The notes beneath the pieces are model-generated. The model ran no database searches, was not told where the DNA came from, and worked only from the letters and a program-made list of their open reading frames with translations. 64,000 nt of DNA from Tubiluchus corallicola. Lineage: Eukaryota > Animalia > Priapulida. The first letter of the stretch is position 1. Each line of letters opens with the position of its first letter. This document shows, piece by piece, positions 14,066 to 26,019 of the stretch. Made by a program: the position numbers and the translations under genes. The stretch spans positions 1 to 64,000 of the forward strand of contig JAQGDQ010000732.1 of assembly GCA_030141605.1 (NCBI GenBank). Reading direction: 5' to 3'.

Positions 14066-14246
14066 TACTCAATAAGCTAATTTGAAGTGCCTGAAAAGGG
14101 CGTGTTTTTCTTAATCTTACCGAATTAAAACACTTAAATATTTAATCTTATTTAACTTAAATAAATATTTAACCATATATGAATTCTCTGTGAAATCATA
14201 ATAATGAGTTAAAAAACCTCAATGTCTGTTGGTGTTATATAAGCCT

Positions 14247-14425
14247 TTAATTGCCTTGTTGATTATCATTCATCCTAAATAAGTTAGTTTTGCTAAATAC
14301 ATTTCCACAACTTTTCAAAGATGTAATGCAATGCCAACCTAAAACATATCTTATATGATTCGACTTTTGTTGAAATGAAGACAAAGAGAATTCCGTTTGA
14401 GGTCCTAAGAAGAATTTTGGTGTCT
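14247..14425 (-). CDS. Gene B exon 5 (probable last coding exon): short cytoplasmic tail
   Basis: Acceptor TTAACAACAG|AG at 14426/14425 after a 63-nt intron; frame continues QTPKFFLGPQTEFSL.. to TAA at 14247. An internal donor with further exons cannot be excluded. Confidence 0.55.
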
Positions 14426-14488
14426 CTGTTGTTAACAACAGAAATGTGTTGATTTGCATTAATGCTCCATAAATATACACCTACTTAC

Positions 14489-14608
14489 GTTTGCGTTTCT
14501 TCTTACTTAGAACAACATACAAGAGAAGCGCAACAGCCATCAGTGCAAAGAAAATGGCTAGTGAACCAATCAGTGGCACAATAAATCTTCTTTCCACTCG
14601 ACTTGCGT
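14489..14608 (-). CDS. Gene B exon 4: transmembrane helix plus basic stop-transfer sequence
   Basis: Acceptor TTTCTCTAG|AC, donor AAAC|GTAAGT, 120 nt, phase 1-1. Encodes FIVPLIGSLAIFFALMAVALLLYVVLSKKKRK. Confidence 0.85.
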
Positions 14609-15071
14609 CTAGAGAAACAAATTCTGTTTTAATGTGTTGGAGAGTAACACGAATCCTATCTTTGATGTAAAACAACTGCAAAAATATAAAGGCCAAATTG
14701 TGGTGTATATTTTAATTGTAAGCCTTTGCCAGAATTTACACTACAACCATCATCACTAAATGTATTTTGCTAAGAAAGTGACTGTAATTCTTTCTTTGAA
14801 GTTAAGACATGCAAAGTTGTTTCTTATGACGCCTGTGAGCTCCTAAATATGACTCTTTTGCTTAAGTGATTTCTCAAAAAGCTGTTAAAGCTCTCCTAGT
14901 TTCTCTTTTCATTAACGCAGAACATTGTTCTCACGAAACAGTGTGTGAATGGTGATTTTTATTCCAATGAAAGTACCTAGCCAAATATTGTTACAAACAG
15001 CTAATACATTTGGTGAAGAAACAGCAAGAAATTTGTAAGACTAATAATTATAAACTTCACAAGCAACACAC

Positions 15072-15440
15072 CTGTTTTTCGTATTTTGCTACTCTCTTGT
15101 TTAACGTCTATGGTAACGATGAGTTTTTCAGTGCTGTTCGTAGATGTCACTACTAGAGCATAGACTCCACCATCATCTTCTTCGATAGATTTTATGACCA
15201 GTATAGCTGTGTAGCATTGCCTTGAGTCATGTGCGTTATCTGCTTGAAGTTGTTTAATGCTAATGTTGACGCGGTTATCTCGGGTGTAGTGCGCTCGATC
15301 AGGTAGTTTAGATGTATGTGTAAGAATAATACTTCCTGCAGAGAATTTCCAGGTAATGTTCTCGTATCCGGTCTTTGTACAAAACGTCTCTTCAATGCGA
15401 AGGTCACTCCCTACGCTGGTGTTAAAATTTACTCTGTCAA
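15072..15440 (-). CDS. Gene B exon 3: Ig-like domain resembling the Fasciclin-3 membrane-proximal Ig
   Basis: Acceptor TTTAACAG|TT, donor ACAG|GTGTGT, 369 nt, phase 1-1. Motifs FC..ITW, CYTAILVIKSI, EDDGGVYALVV. Confidence 0.8.
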
Positions 15441-16269
15441 CTGTTAAATGTATGACACAGTTAAAAAACGAACCATATTTCATACACAGTTAAGATAGAC
15501 TGAAATGAGATAAGACTTTGGAACAGTGTGTCTGTGTTTTTGTTATGCTTAGAAGCGCACTTAGGTCCTACAACTCTGATCTAATAAGTCGAAAGTGCCT
15601 TCTTTTACAAGTTAAAACTGGACCCATGTACTGCATATTGTTTCAGTGGAAGGAACCATAAATTACATGCGCCGTGTATTGCAAAGCTAAACACAGGCAC
15701 ACTTTGTTCTAGTTGCTTATGCCGATATGCAAATATAGATGCAAATAGATGGAAATATATATTACATTTGCAAGTGCGTTTGTGTCAAATTGAAAGTAAG
15801 TTCAATTTGTCATTGCTTGTTTTTATTTTGGCAAATATATTTTATATTACTGCTCTGTAAAGAATTTATATGTTTCTTTGTAACGACAATGTACCTGCCG
15901 GTGCTAACCTAAAAATACTATAATTTCGAAACAAATTCATCGAATGACAGGGACAAAACAAAGATGAAGATAATAAATCATAAAGAAGACTGTTACGCTG
16001 CAAGCATGTTAGTACGAGCACCCCTTTTTTTAAATTTTTGTTACAAGTCGACCAGGAAGCCAGCAAAACGTGGACTGCAGGACAGCAGGGAGGAGGGCGA
16101 CCCGCGAACTCTGCCATCACGACTCATACATAGTAGGTTCATTGTATTAGTCAAATGTCACGTGATTTTCTAATTTACCTGGAAACATGTTTGGAAAAAA
16201 TCTATTCATTTTGCTGAATATACTGGACAAATATAATGCAGTTCACATTGCAAACTAAACCTCCCTTAC

Positions 16270-16704
16270 CTATGAAGAACACTGAATCGTTAGTTGTTGT
16301 ATGGGTTGTCACAAGTGGATTTGCTGAACTGATACTGGCGGTTCGTTCAAGAGAACTTTTTGAACTGGCAGCATCTGATGAGCTAGAAATAGTCGTTGAA
16401 CTGACAGACCTCATTGAACTAACATTAGTCGTTGCACTAGCAGAACTTGCTAAGCTGTTGAAAGCTGTCGTTGTTGAACTGGTAGTAGAAAAACTGCGTC
16501 TTATTCTAATTCTTCCCATTGTTGTTGCCAGTGATCTCCTAGTTCTTGGTACAGCACAGACCGCAGTATCGTTTATACATTCTTTAGTAAAATCATCGCG
16601 ATTAGCGTTAGGCACTTCATTTGGACGATAACAATCAATTAAAGATTGTCTCCAGTTGAATGTTTTTACCCACAAGAGTTGACAGTCACAAATGAGACAA
16701 CTGC
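16270..16704 (-). CDS. Gene B exon 2: LRRCT cap plus short Ser/Thr stalk
   Basis: Acceptor ATTTTCAG|GC, donor ATAG|GTAAGG, 435 nt, phase 1-1. GSCLICDCQLLW..C..P..C is an LRRCT pattern, followed by Ser/Thr-rich sequence. Confidence 0.88.
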
Positions 16705-18374
16705 CTGAAAATATAAGAGAAAAAAGAATTCGCGTTTGTGATTTAAGACTTTTGTAATTTTTTTGTAAAATGGTGAAAGCTGATATTGTCCCTTGAAAGT
16801 GAAAGGCTGTAGCTGATCTGGTCGAATCTTTGACATTTTTTACTGGTATAATCAAACACATATTTTAATTTTACAAAAGTTAACTATTCGAGGTAATTAT
16901 CTAAAGCCTTTTTTGTAAAAAGCAATTGTAGTTTTCAATATTTGACAACATACTTTATTTTTAACTGATGTCTACACAATCGTCTGGTTTTTTTTAATAA
17001 TATTAAAGACTTTATTATTACAGATTTAGACCAACTCCCTAATGCTAGTAATGGGTAAGGCTGAGAAGCCCAGTACTGCAAATGTACTTGCATAAAGTAT
17101 GCCGTAATTGGGCGATTCCAATCTGCCCTTTCTGTCTGTAAGCTGTAGGTTTGCTATTTTTTACAAATGTCTGTTCAAATGTCTTTCTTTTGAAGATTGT
17201 GGTAACACAATAATGTTTATTTTACACTCGTGTTCTGGATGTTTTAATTTTTTTGTCGGCTGTAATATTTCGGAACTTGTATGCGGCTCTATACATCCTG
17301 AGACGGATCTGCGCTGGACCCCGGATTCGTAACACAGGGGCGCAGAAGTCTGTTCTAGCCAAACGCTCTGTTGTGTTCAATCAACTCGGATTGTGCTGGT
17401 GGACACTAGGTGCTAGCGTGATGCTAGTCTTTCAGCAAAAAGTTTCTTCTTTTAATTGTACTTGTAGTATCGATTGTCAACATTGTCAAATCAATAGGTA
17501 GAAGCAGATTAAAAGTGTTACAAAGTTTTTCCAGACAAAGTTTGTTTTGTCTTTATGTGCCGAGTCTGTTGCAGTAAGCTTGTCAGAAGAATGCTTACCT
17601 ACTTCCTCCGCTCAAGAAAGCCGAGTACGAATGTGACACGTGTCGACTATGCAGCACCGTCAGAGAATGTGTTTGTGGTCGGGAGTGCACAGCAGATACC
17701 TGAAGCACCTACAGTTTTTACGCTGGAGAAATTTCGCTAGTATCTCAAGTGCTTCATTTCACATAGCGGACGGAACGTTGGAGACGTACCCACGCCCCGG
17801 GACAGCTTCTACGGACTGTTCTTTGCAATAGGTTGTCTTAGTGCCTAGGAATTAACTCGCTCACGACTATTACGTTTCACAGTTCTTGCGTTTGAAGGCC
17901 TGTTTTACAAGTTTTTGACTTTGTGGACAAACTACACATTGGACTGTGCTTCAACGTTTAAATGTTCACTGATGTATTTTCTGTCTACAGACTGTGGTCA
18001 CTGTTTAAGGACTTACTGCACTGTCTTTGTTTACGACACTCAATATATTGTACTGAATTCACGTCAAAGTGGACAATTGAATTGTTTTCGTGAGAATATG
18101 GATTAATAGTCGCTCATTATTTTCACGTTTGTGCTGTTGGAAACGGACTAGCTAACTCTCACTACTTCGGATGCATTTTTTGAAGGTGAGATTTACTTAA
18201 ATGTACTCCCTGAATTTATTTCTTCTTGGAATTGCGATTTTAGAATTTTGATTAATTTTGCTGTATTATTTTTACAAAGCTTATTAACTGAAATCTCAAA
18301 CTTATCTGGGGCCATTCTGCGTTTCTGCATAACTGAAAAAAATCGTCATATTAGCTCAAATATAATTTGTTATT

Positions 18375-18865
18375 GTGGATCTTTTTGCTTAGTATGTACA
18401 CGTATTCTGGATCTTTTAACTTAGTTTGTACTCGTATTCTGAATCTTTTACTTAGTTTGTACTCGTATTCTGAATCTTTTAAGTTAGTATGTACTCGCAT
18501 TCTGGATCGTTTTACTTAGTTTGTACTCGTATTCTGGATCGTTTTACTTAGTTTGTACTCGTATTCTTAATCTTTTACCTTAGTTTGTACTCGTATTCTT
18601 AATCTTTTACCTTAGTTTGTACTCGTATTCTGGATCTTTTAACTTAGTTCGTATTCGTATTCTTAATCTTTTACCTTAGTTTGTACTCGTATTCTGAATC
18701 TTTTGCCTTAGTTTGTACTCGCATTCTGGATCTTTTTACTTAGTTTGTACTCGCACTCTGAATCTTTTACCTTAGTTTGTACTCGCACTCTGGATCTTTT
18801 AACTTAGTTTGTACTCGTATTCTGGATCTTTTAACTTAGTTTGTACCCGCATTTATTCTGGATGT
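18375..18865. repeat. 31-32-bp minisatellite (TTAGTTTGTACTCGTATTCTGGATCTTTTAAC), ~15 copies, in gene B intron 1
   Basis: Directly visible tandem repeats with small variants. Confidence 0.93.
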
Positions 18866-18980
18866 TTTGTCTTAAGTTTTCTAGGCTGCTGTAAAATTTT
18901 ATCACTTGTATGCCACTCTATACATCGTAAGACGGATCCTCACACGACCTCGGATTCGTTACAATGTTTATTATACTGAC

Positions 18981-19554
18981 CTTTTAGGCAAAAAGATATG
19001 TCATCACGTTGAAAACCGTATTTGAGTCTAGGCTCCTTTAGTCGTGTTATTGGACTATTGTAAATGCCAAGAAAATTGAAATGCTTGTTATTTGAGAAAT
19101 CAAAATCTAGCGAGATTAGCTTGGAATTGCCACGAATATGCAGATCTCGAAGGTTTACCATTTTACTGAATGCCCTTGGATGTATGAAGGAAAGTCTGTC
19201 ATTATCAGTTATTTCCAGTTGACTAAAATCAGATTTATTGTTGTAGATACAATCTTCACCTAGGATATCCAAATTTGTGTAACGTATGCTTAAGCCAACA
19301 AGCTGACATCCCTCAAGAAATCTTTCAGGAAGTTCAGAGCCTTCGTAATAATCGATGTAAAGTCTTCGAGTATTTAAATCATATTGTTGTAGTCCTTCTT
19401 TTAACCAAATTTTGGATAGTTCTGCTTTGGTGTAGTTTCTACACATTATGTCTTTATGCTTGGAAACTAATAAAACTTCACAGTCTGAAGCCATCTGTAT
19501 GCAGGGATACAGTACAAACAAAAGACATACAAAGATGAAAATAACTTCGAGCAT
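18981..19554 (-). CDS. Gene B exon 1: signal peptide plus LRRNT and ~5 LRRs
   Basis: ATG at 19554, hydrophobic leader MLEVIFIFVCLLFVLYPC, LRRs (IHPRAFSKMVNLRDLHIRGN), phase-1 donor AAAG|GTCAGT at 18981/18980. Closely similar to gene A exon 1. Confidence 0.9.
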
Positions 19555-21539
19555 TATTAGTAAACTATGTACAAATTCTTTTTAAAAATATTATTTGCTA
19601 TACGTTTATATAACTTGATTTAGTTTAAGCCAGATTAGTTTGCTATAATGTTCATCAGCTTTCAAACATTCTTTACAATATAGGCTTGCGTTGATGAGTA
19701 GACTGTTTCAAATCACAATGGTCGCATGATAAGAACAATTAACAGAACGCATGTGTGTAAATATTCTAGTGTGTAAAACAATGTTGCATTAATGTTCAGA
19801 ACGTAGGCCTAATTTAAACAAAGGCAGACGTAAATAAATATGTCATTGCTTCATTGACTACTAATTTTGTAACCATATTTTTTCTTGTATTTTTCCCTTT
19901 TGTTTCATCTGAAAATAAATAGCAATGGAAGAAAGAAATTTTGTACTGATCTTGTTTTTAGCGTAATTAATCACTAGTTTTGTTATTAGAAATTAAATTT
20001 GCCTTACTGAGGATGTCTCACCAGCAGACTATGCACTCGCATGCGTTAAAATTTCTCTAATTGGTTGGTGAAGCCTGTTAACTAAACTTTTTATTTTTCC
20101 TCACTTTAACTACAAGCTACACAAAAATAATACATAAAGTTTCTCAAAATCTGAATGCGCAAGTGCATGTCGCATTGGTAACTCAGAAAACAGAAAACTT
20201 ACACAATCATAGGTAAATATTTTTATTGCCATAATTATCACTTTGGCCAATTTCTAAATTCAATTGTGAATAACATAATTATAAAAAAATAAACGTATAA
20301 CACCAATTTTTTGTTGTATTTATAGCCTTAATTGATAGTGTTAAGTCTATATGTGAATAGGTGTACATTATGTGATAAAGTCTGTCCGTTTTTTGAAACT
20401 GTTTGTGCCATGTTGTGACAAAAACAAAGACCTGAAATAGGCAAACATAAACATACATTGCCAATCATGTGTATGAAACCAGTCATACTTTCGACTTTAA
20501 TAATGCTAATTTTTTTTTCAAACAACATCACAAACAGTTCATTATGAAATCTGATTAATGTGAAATATTGGTTACTTACAGAGTTTTGCTTTGTGTAAAT
20601 ACAAATTGACTTATAGGTATAAAGCACTGCCAGAACGAGGTATTCTTGGATCAGATTTTAGTTTCCTAGTTGCTCTACAAGAGGAGTTTAGAGATCTTTT
20701 TCAAAAAGTTTACTCTAAAAATCGTGCGACAGTCGCGCACGCACATACTTTTGCAAAAATTTATTCGTTCGATATTTACATAAAGATAAATGCCTATTAA
20801 AGTATAAAATAACAACGGTATTATAACAGAACTAGTTGATCAGAGCAGGCCGTTTAGGTTCGATTACCAATTGCGATTTGCAAAAACTTGATAAAGTTAT
20901 TTTTTTCAATTTGCAATCGACAGATTTCTAATTACTGAAATTTCAAAGAAAAACTCTATTTGAAAAACATGCGATGTTCAATACTTTTTATATATATTAT
21001 ACCTAGGGCCACACTTTCTCTGAGTCCCAATAGCAACATATTCAAACTTTCGTCGTACCTAAACCAAAAAGATTATCGCCTAGATTGTAAGCCGTTCTCT
21101 GTGTCAAAACACTACATTATAACTTATATGTTTAATATTATGAACAATGTAAAAGAATCTTAAACATAATTTTCACAGCTGGCAGGAAGTAAAACTGCAA
21201 GAGAATAAATAATTAATGTCTATAAGTACGTCTCTAAATAGTACACAAATCTATAAATTACAACTATACTTTTACCTTCCACCGGATCGTATAAAAACCC
21301 GTATAAAAATCGTATAAAATCGTATATAATTTGATTAATACCGCAAATGAAATTTATTCACTCGCCACAAGTAGCATCCAGTTTTGAGTCTACATTACGG
21401 GTTTGACGAATTACTATATCAAACTATTTTAATGGGGCATTAAAGTTATTAATATTATTAACATCATTTCATTTCAAATATACTTTACAAAAATCCTCCT
21501 TCTCCCTCTAATTCTTTTTCTATCTTCCTTTTCCCTCTT

Positions 21540-21880
21540 TATGTAACAAAAATGCTGCACTGTATAACAAATCACAAATTTCGTCATTATGTAACACATT
21601 TTGATCATTGCGTAGCTATCATTATGTAGCAATTTTTGAGTCATTACATGACAAATTATTGGGTAACAAAAAATGATGCATTATGTAACAAAGTATGCAG
21701 TATGGGTCGTGGTCTGTGGATAGGCTTTGTCGTGGCCTGGCTTTGCTCTAATAACTGGAATTGGGTCACGACAACGACTAACCTTTCAATATTTTGTTAC
21801 ATAATGCACATAATGCATCTTTTTTGTCACATAATGATTGTTACGTAATAATAAAATGTTGTTACATAATGAACCCGAAC
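21540..21880. mobile_element. Palindromic MITE-like remnant with repeated CATTATGTAAC (left arm) and GTTACATAATG (right arm)
   Basis: Several copies of the 11-mer in opposite orientation on each side of a unique centre; termini degenerate. Confidence 0.5.
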
Positions 21881-22577
21881 ACTCACGTTACATATTTACT
21901 TTCTCGCCTTGACTAGTTTTTTTAGCATATGATCCCTACCAGTGAATACACGTAAAAGCAAACTGTAATACTTTCATCATACTTTTCCATTGCGTGATAA
22001 CTAACAGGACGTTAAAACTAATTTATTACATTTTCTGTGACTTTTACTCTATTTTACTCTTTAGATCCACTTTATACATTTTATAATTTTTGTAAATTTA
22101 TTATCATGGTGCACAATGTTTGAATTGTAATTATTGTAAAGCGCTCTGGAGCATGCAAATGAACATAAATGTAAACGAACATAAAATTAAACTTATGAAA
22201 TGACCTGTTTGGGGAAAGATGCACTTCCGAAAACGAGTTTACAATATATGGATCATAAGTTTTTGCTGTGTCAAAAATGTGATTACTTTATCTCGTTGTA
22301 ACTAGCTTATCCAAACTCATTAGTTTTTGTTGGCACATATCTTGCTTCACTGCTCCATATTAACTTTCATTTTATGCAAATAATAAATGCCATACTAATT
22401 TTTTTATATCTATATATAAACATATTTATTTAACAACAGCATTAACAATAAAGCACAAATATTCTTAACAAAAGTTTCTGCTGTTTTTATAATTGTTGAC
22501 ATTAATCCCTCAAAACACTCAACTTGTCTGTCTTTTATTATGATGGTCAATGTTTTTAAAATGACAAATAAAGATTT

Positions 22578-22666
<89 letters not shown>

Positions 22667-22707
22667 AAATGAACGCTTAACGATCTACTACTACTACTAC
22701 TACTACC
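22578..22707. repeat. (TAC)n microsatellite, two tracts
   Basis: Visible perfect trinucleotide runs at ~22578-22665 and ~22685-22707. Confidence 0.97.
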
Positions 22708-23179
22708 TGAAAGCATTCCATTCGATGGGTCGAACTTGTTAAACTTAATATGGGAAATATCATTTTCTGCACGGTGTACATGTAAACCTAACACGGTTAA
22801 GGTCATTTTCGGCGACTATCTTTAAGTTGACCTCAGAGATCAAGTCATTCATGTTGGAATGAGCATGGCTAATATCACTATATAATTAATTTTGTTATAT
22901 TCTTCTGCAAGTTATATTCTTTTAAAGGGTACAAATCTCAGTCGGGTGTGTTTTCCTTTCTACAGAGTTTGCTACTAGCTAATGTTTACCTTTAACAGTC
23001 GTAAATTTCTTTGAAAAGATCGCGGTTTCTCTTAATTGAAATTATGTTCAGCCATTTTTTCTTTGCTGATATTTTGAACACTTCTTTTTGTTGATCTAAT
23101 TTCATGGGGCGTGCATTTAGCACGTGCGTGTCTCCTAATATCGGAAACAATGCCGTACCTGGGATGAAAACAGTTAACC

Positions 23180-23581
23180 CAGGGGTGTGCAAACTGCGGC
23201 CCGCCGAGAGATCTTGTGCGGCCCGCGAAGAGGTTTGTCAACGTAATGAAAGTGCGGACCACGCGATCCAGCTGAAGTCTGCACCAATATCGCAAAGATA
23301 GTGCGGGTAGTTCTTTCCTCTAGATCGGATGGCATTAACCCTTACAAGACAGTTGTCACTTAATGTCACTGTCGGACATGACGAAATATATGGTTTTAAT
23401 AACTTCTAAAATAGTTTCATGAGTTTAGTAGTGCAGTAGTGATGATGTGCGCAAATCGGATGCAAAAAAATCGTTATTAGGTCGTACTGGACTTGGCTCC
23501 TTGATCAAACTGCATGTGACCCACAGGAATTGCGGTAATGTTTAATGTGGCCCGGCTAGTCAGATAATTTGCACACCCCTG
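23180..23581. mobile_element. Intact hAT-superfamily MITE (Charlie/Buster-type ends), 402 bp
   Basis: 14-bp TIRs CAGGGGTGTGCAAA / TTTGCACACCCCTG, perfect 8-bp TSD AGTTAACC at 23172-23179 and 23582-23589, subterminal GCGGCCC motifs. Confidence 0.93.
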
Positions 23582-23699
23582 AGTTAACCCAAACACAATG
23601 CCAAAAGATTGATTTTTTCTTGGCCAAGAAAATTTTTATTGTTGTTTGGTTTGGCGACAAAATAAGTTACAAGGCTGTGTTGGAGAAACATATGCACTA

Positions 23700-23945
23700 T
23701 CTCTATTATTGGAAATATTGATAAAATTAAGATTGTATTCGAATCCACGTTGCTTGCAAGCAACTAGTGTGGTCTTGCTCGTGGTTGCGAGCAATGTTAG
23801 GCTATCAGTATAAGACAGCATCAAACAACAAATGTTGACCAATTGCAATCTTAGTAGAAGACCGTCAAGATATAGATTAAAAAGAAGAGGGGATTTGATG
23901 GCTCTTTGGCGAACTCCGTTATTAACCCTAAATTTGTATGAATGT
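23700..23945 (-). pseudogene. Decayed non-LTR retrotransposon (LINE) reverse transcriptase fragment
   Basis: FRVNNGVRQRAIKSPLLFNLYLDGL..SYTDSLTLLA..C..YNLNFN matches the GVRQG..LSP.LFN.Y.D and YADD RT motifs, with the catalytic YADD degraded to YTDS. Confidence 0.8.
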
Positions 23946-26019
23946 TCGCTTTCTGCTTTCTGCTCTGTATTTAAAGCAAACGGTAGCTTAATTACTTCTA
24001 ATGTGTTAGGGTTAGGGTTGACATCTGATACACATGCCGCTAACAGGGAAAGGCAATGACGCAAAACATTTGCATCGGCAACACAATTCATATACAATCT
24101 ATTGCCTGATTAACTGAAAATAAGTGGCTTGAAAAGACTTGAACAAAAAATTTTCCTTGCACTTTCGTTCTGTTGATCAGCTTGTTACCATATGACTGAA
24201 TATTTAAACAGCTTGTGTATTAATAAACTTTGCATATCTCATGAATTCACTGTTAAAATTTAAACACACCCGGTCCAGCAATAATTTCCCTCTTTTTTAA
24301 CCTGAATATCAGCTACATCAGTAGTTTGACATCTCGTGCTTTCTTTCTTGTTTTTAATAAAGAGATATTTCATGAATTGTCACTATTTTCGTTATAAAGA
24401 ATAAAATTTGTGTAATTGCGTGTTTCTAAGTGTTTTGATGCTTTCAGACAACGCTCTCAAATGTGTTTTTCCTAACTGTGTGGTTAGTGAAATCAAAGAA
24501 CAATGCGTTTATCTAAATGTACGGTTGGAGAAACCCAAAAAGTGTTTTGTAGGTGCTATCCTCGATTATGTGTTACCCAAAAAGAATACGTAGTATTTCT
24601 TTTCTAAAGAAAGCGGGAAATTTGGATTGACATGCGTATGTCAATTTGTCAACCCATAAAACAGACAACTTATGCAGTCTTAGATAAATAATTTTATTGT
24701 CATAATTACTACTTTGGACATTTTTAAAGGTGAAGTTTGGTTTCCATAATTATTTATAAATCGAATATATATGATTATTAATGAATATTGTTAACGAAAT
24801 GCCACCAAGTCATTTTTAGTGTTAGTTCACAGAGTAGGCTTCTATCTGAGTATGAATGTGTTGGGAGATTCATCATTCTCTGTCATTGAACTTTTCCGAT
24901 TTCGTAAATTTTGAGCTGTAGAAGGTTCTTGCCTGAAATGACAATAGGTGAGTGTAGCAATGACAATAACCACTACCGCAAGAGATTGTTGAACACAATA
25001 GCAAAAACGGCTGGGTCAGCCTTAATTCTCATGATTTCTGTATCCATAGTTCAGATAATGTGGTCGGCAGGTAGGTGTGAGTCAAGGTTCATTCCTGAAT
25101 GTGGCATTTACATGTTGCAGTTTTAGTCGTAACAGCTTCAATTTTCCCAAATTTCGCATTTCATATTGTAGTGTTCCGCGCAGACCAGGTAATGTAGCAA
25201 TAACTGTTACGGTGAGTCTAATTGTTAGTAAAACAGTTACCTAATTATACTAAAGCTTTAGTGTAGTATAGTAGTCTATTTATACAAATTTCTTTTCTAG
25301 GGTTGTAATCAGGAGACTCACATTACTATATTTACAGAAGTCTATTTTTTTTAATTTGCACATTTTCAATAAACATTGCACAAAATCAATAACAACAACT
25401 GCACTGTCTAAAACCACTTGTCCAAAATCACTTAAGGTATGTACAGGCATGTTGATATAAAATAATGGCTTTTGTAGACGAGACATACCAACAAACAAGC
25501 GATTTGTTACCTGTTTATTGTGCACGAAACAGCTTTATTTTCTTTTAAATCAAATTAGTTATGCAGGTATAGAATGCAGATTAACAACTGGCTTTAATTA
25601 CTGAATGCTGTAGGTTGTTAATGCGTAGAGTTGATTGAAAGGCAAACAATGTGAATGCAAAACATGTGAATGCAAGTACAAGTTATAGTTTTCATACTTT
25701 CAATCTTTTCTTGTGTAGTAATTTGTCAGAATAGTAAATACAACGACCAACAATCAACAATGATGGAAGGATGAAAGAGTGTCTCATCTTTCTTTGCAAC
25801 ATCAGAGTGTACTGTATAGTAAAGTTGTTCAATTTTTACTGTTATTGTTTGTTTCTAAATGACCTGCATCTGTGTTCTACCACTGAACGTTTGTTTTGTT
25901 TCCAGGAGTAAGTCGTGTCATTGATTGTTAGTGAATTCTTGAACAATTCAAAGGCTATAATTGTTAAACCCCAACGTACTATTTTGTGTAGGTCTTATGA
26001 TTGCTGTAGGTACTGTAGG

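Noticed and set aside
16236-16631. 131-aa plus-strand ORF
   Set aside because: Antisense shadow of gene B exon 2.
22519-22806. Poly-Ser ORF
   Set aside because: Produced by the (TAC)n microsatellite.
24004-24021. TTAGGG telomere-like repeat
   Set aside because: Only two to three units; compatible with chance.
20145-24730. ~120-bp diverged direct repeat at ~20145-20260 and ~24615-24730
   Set aside because: Short, AT-rich and without LTR or TIR hallmarks; probably fragments of a common dispersed repeat.
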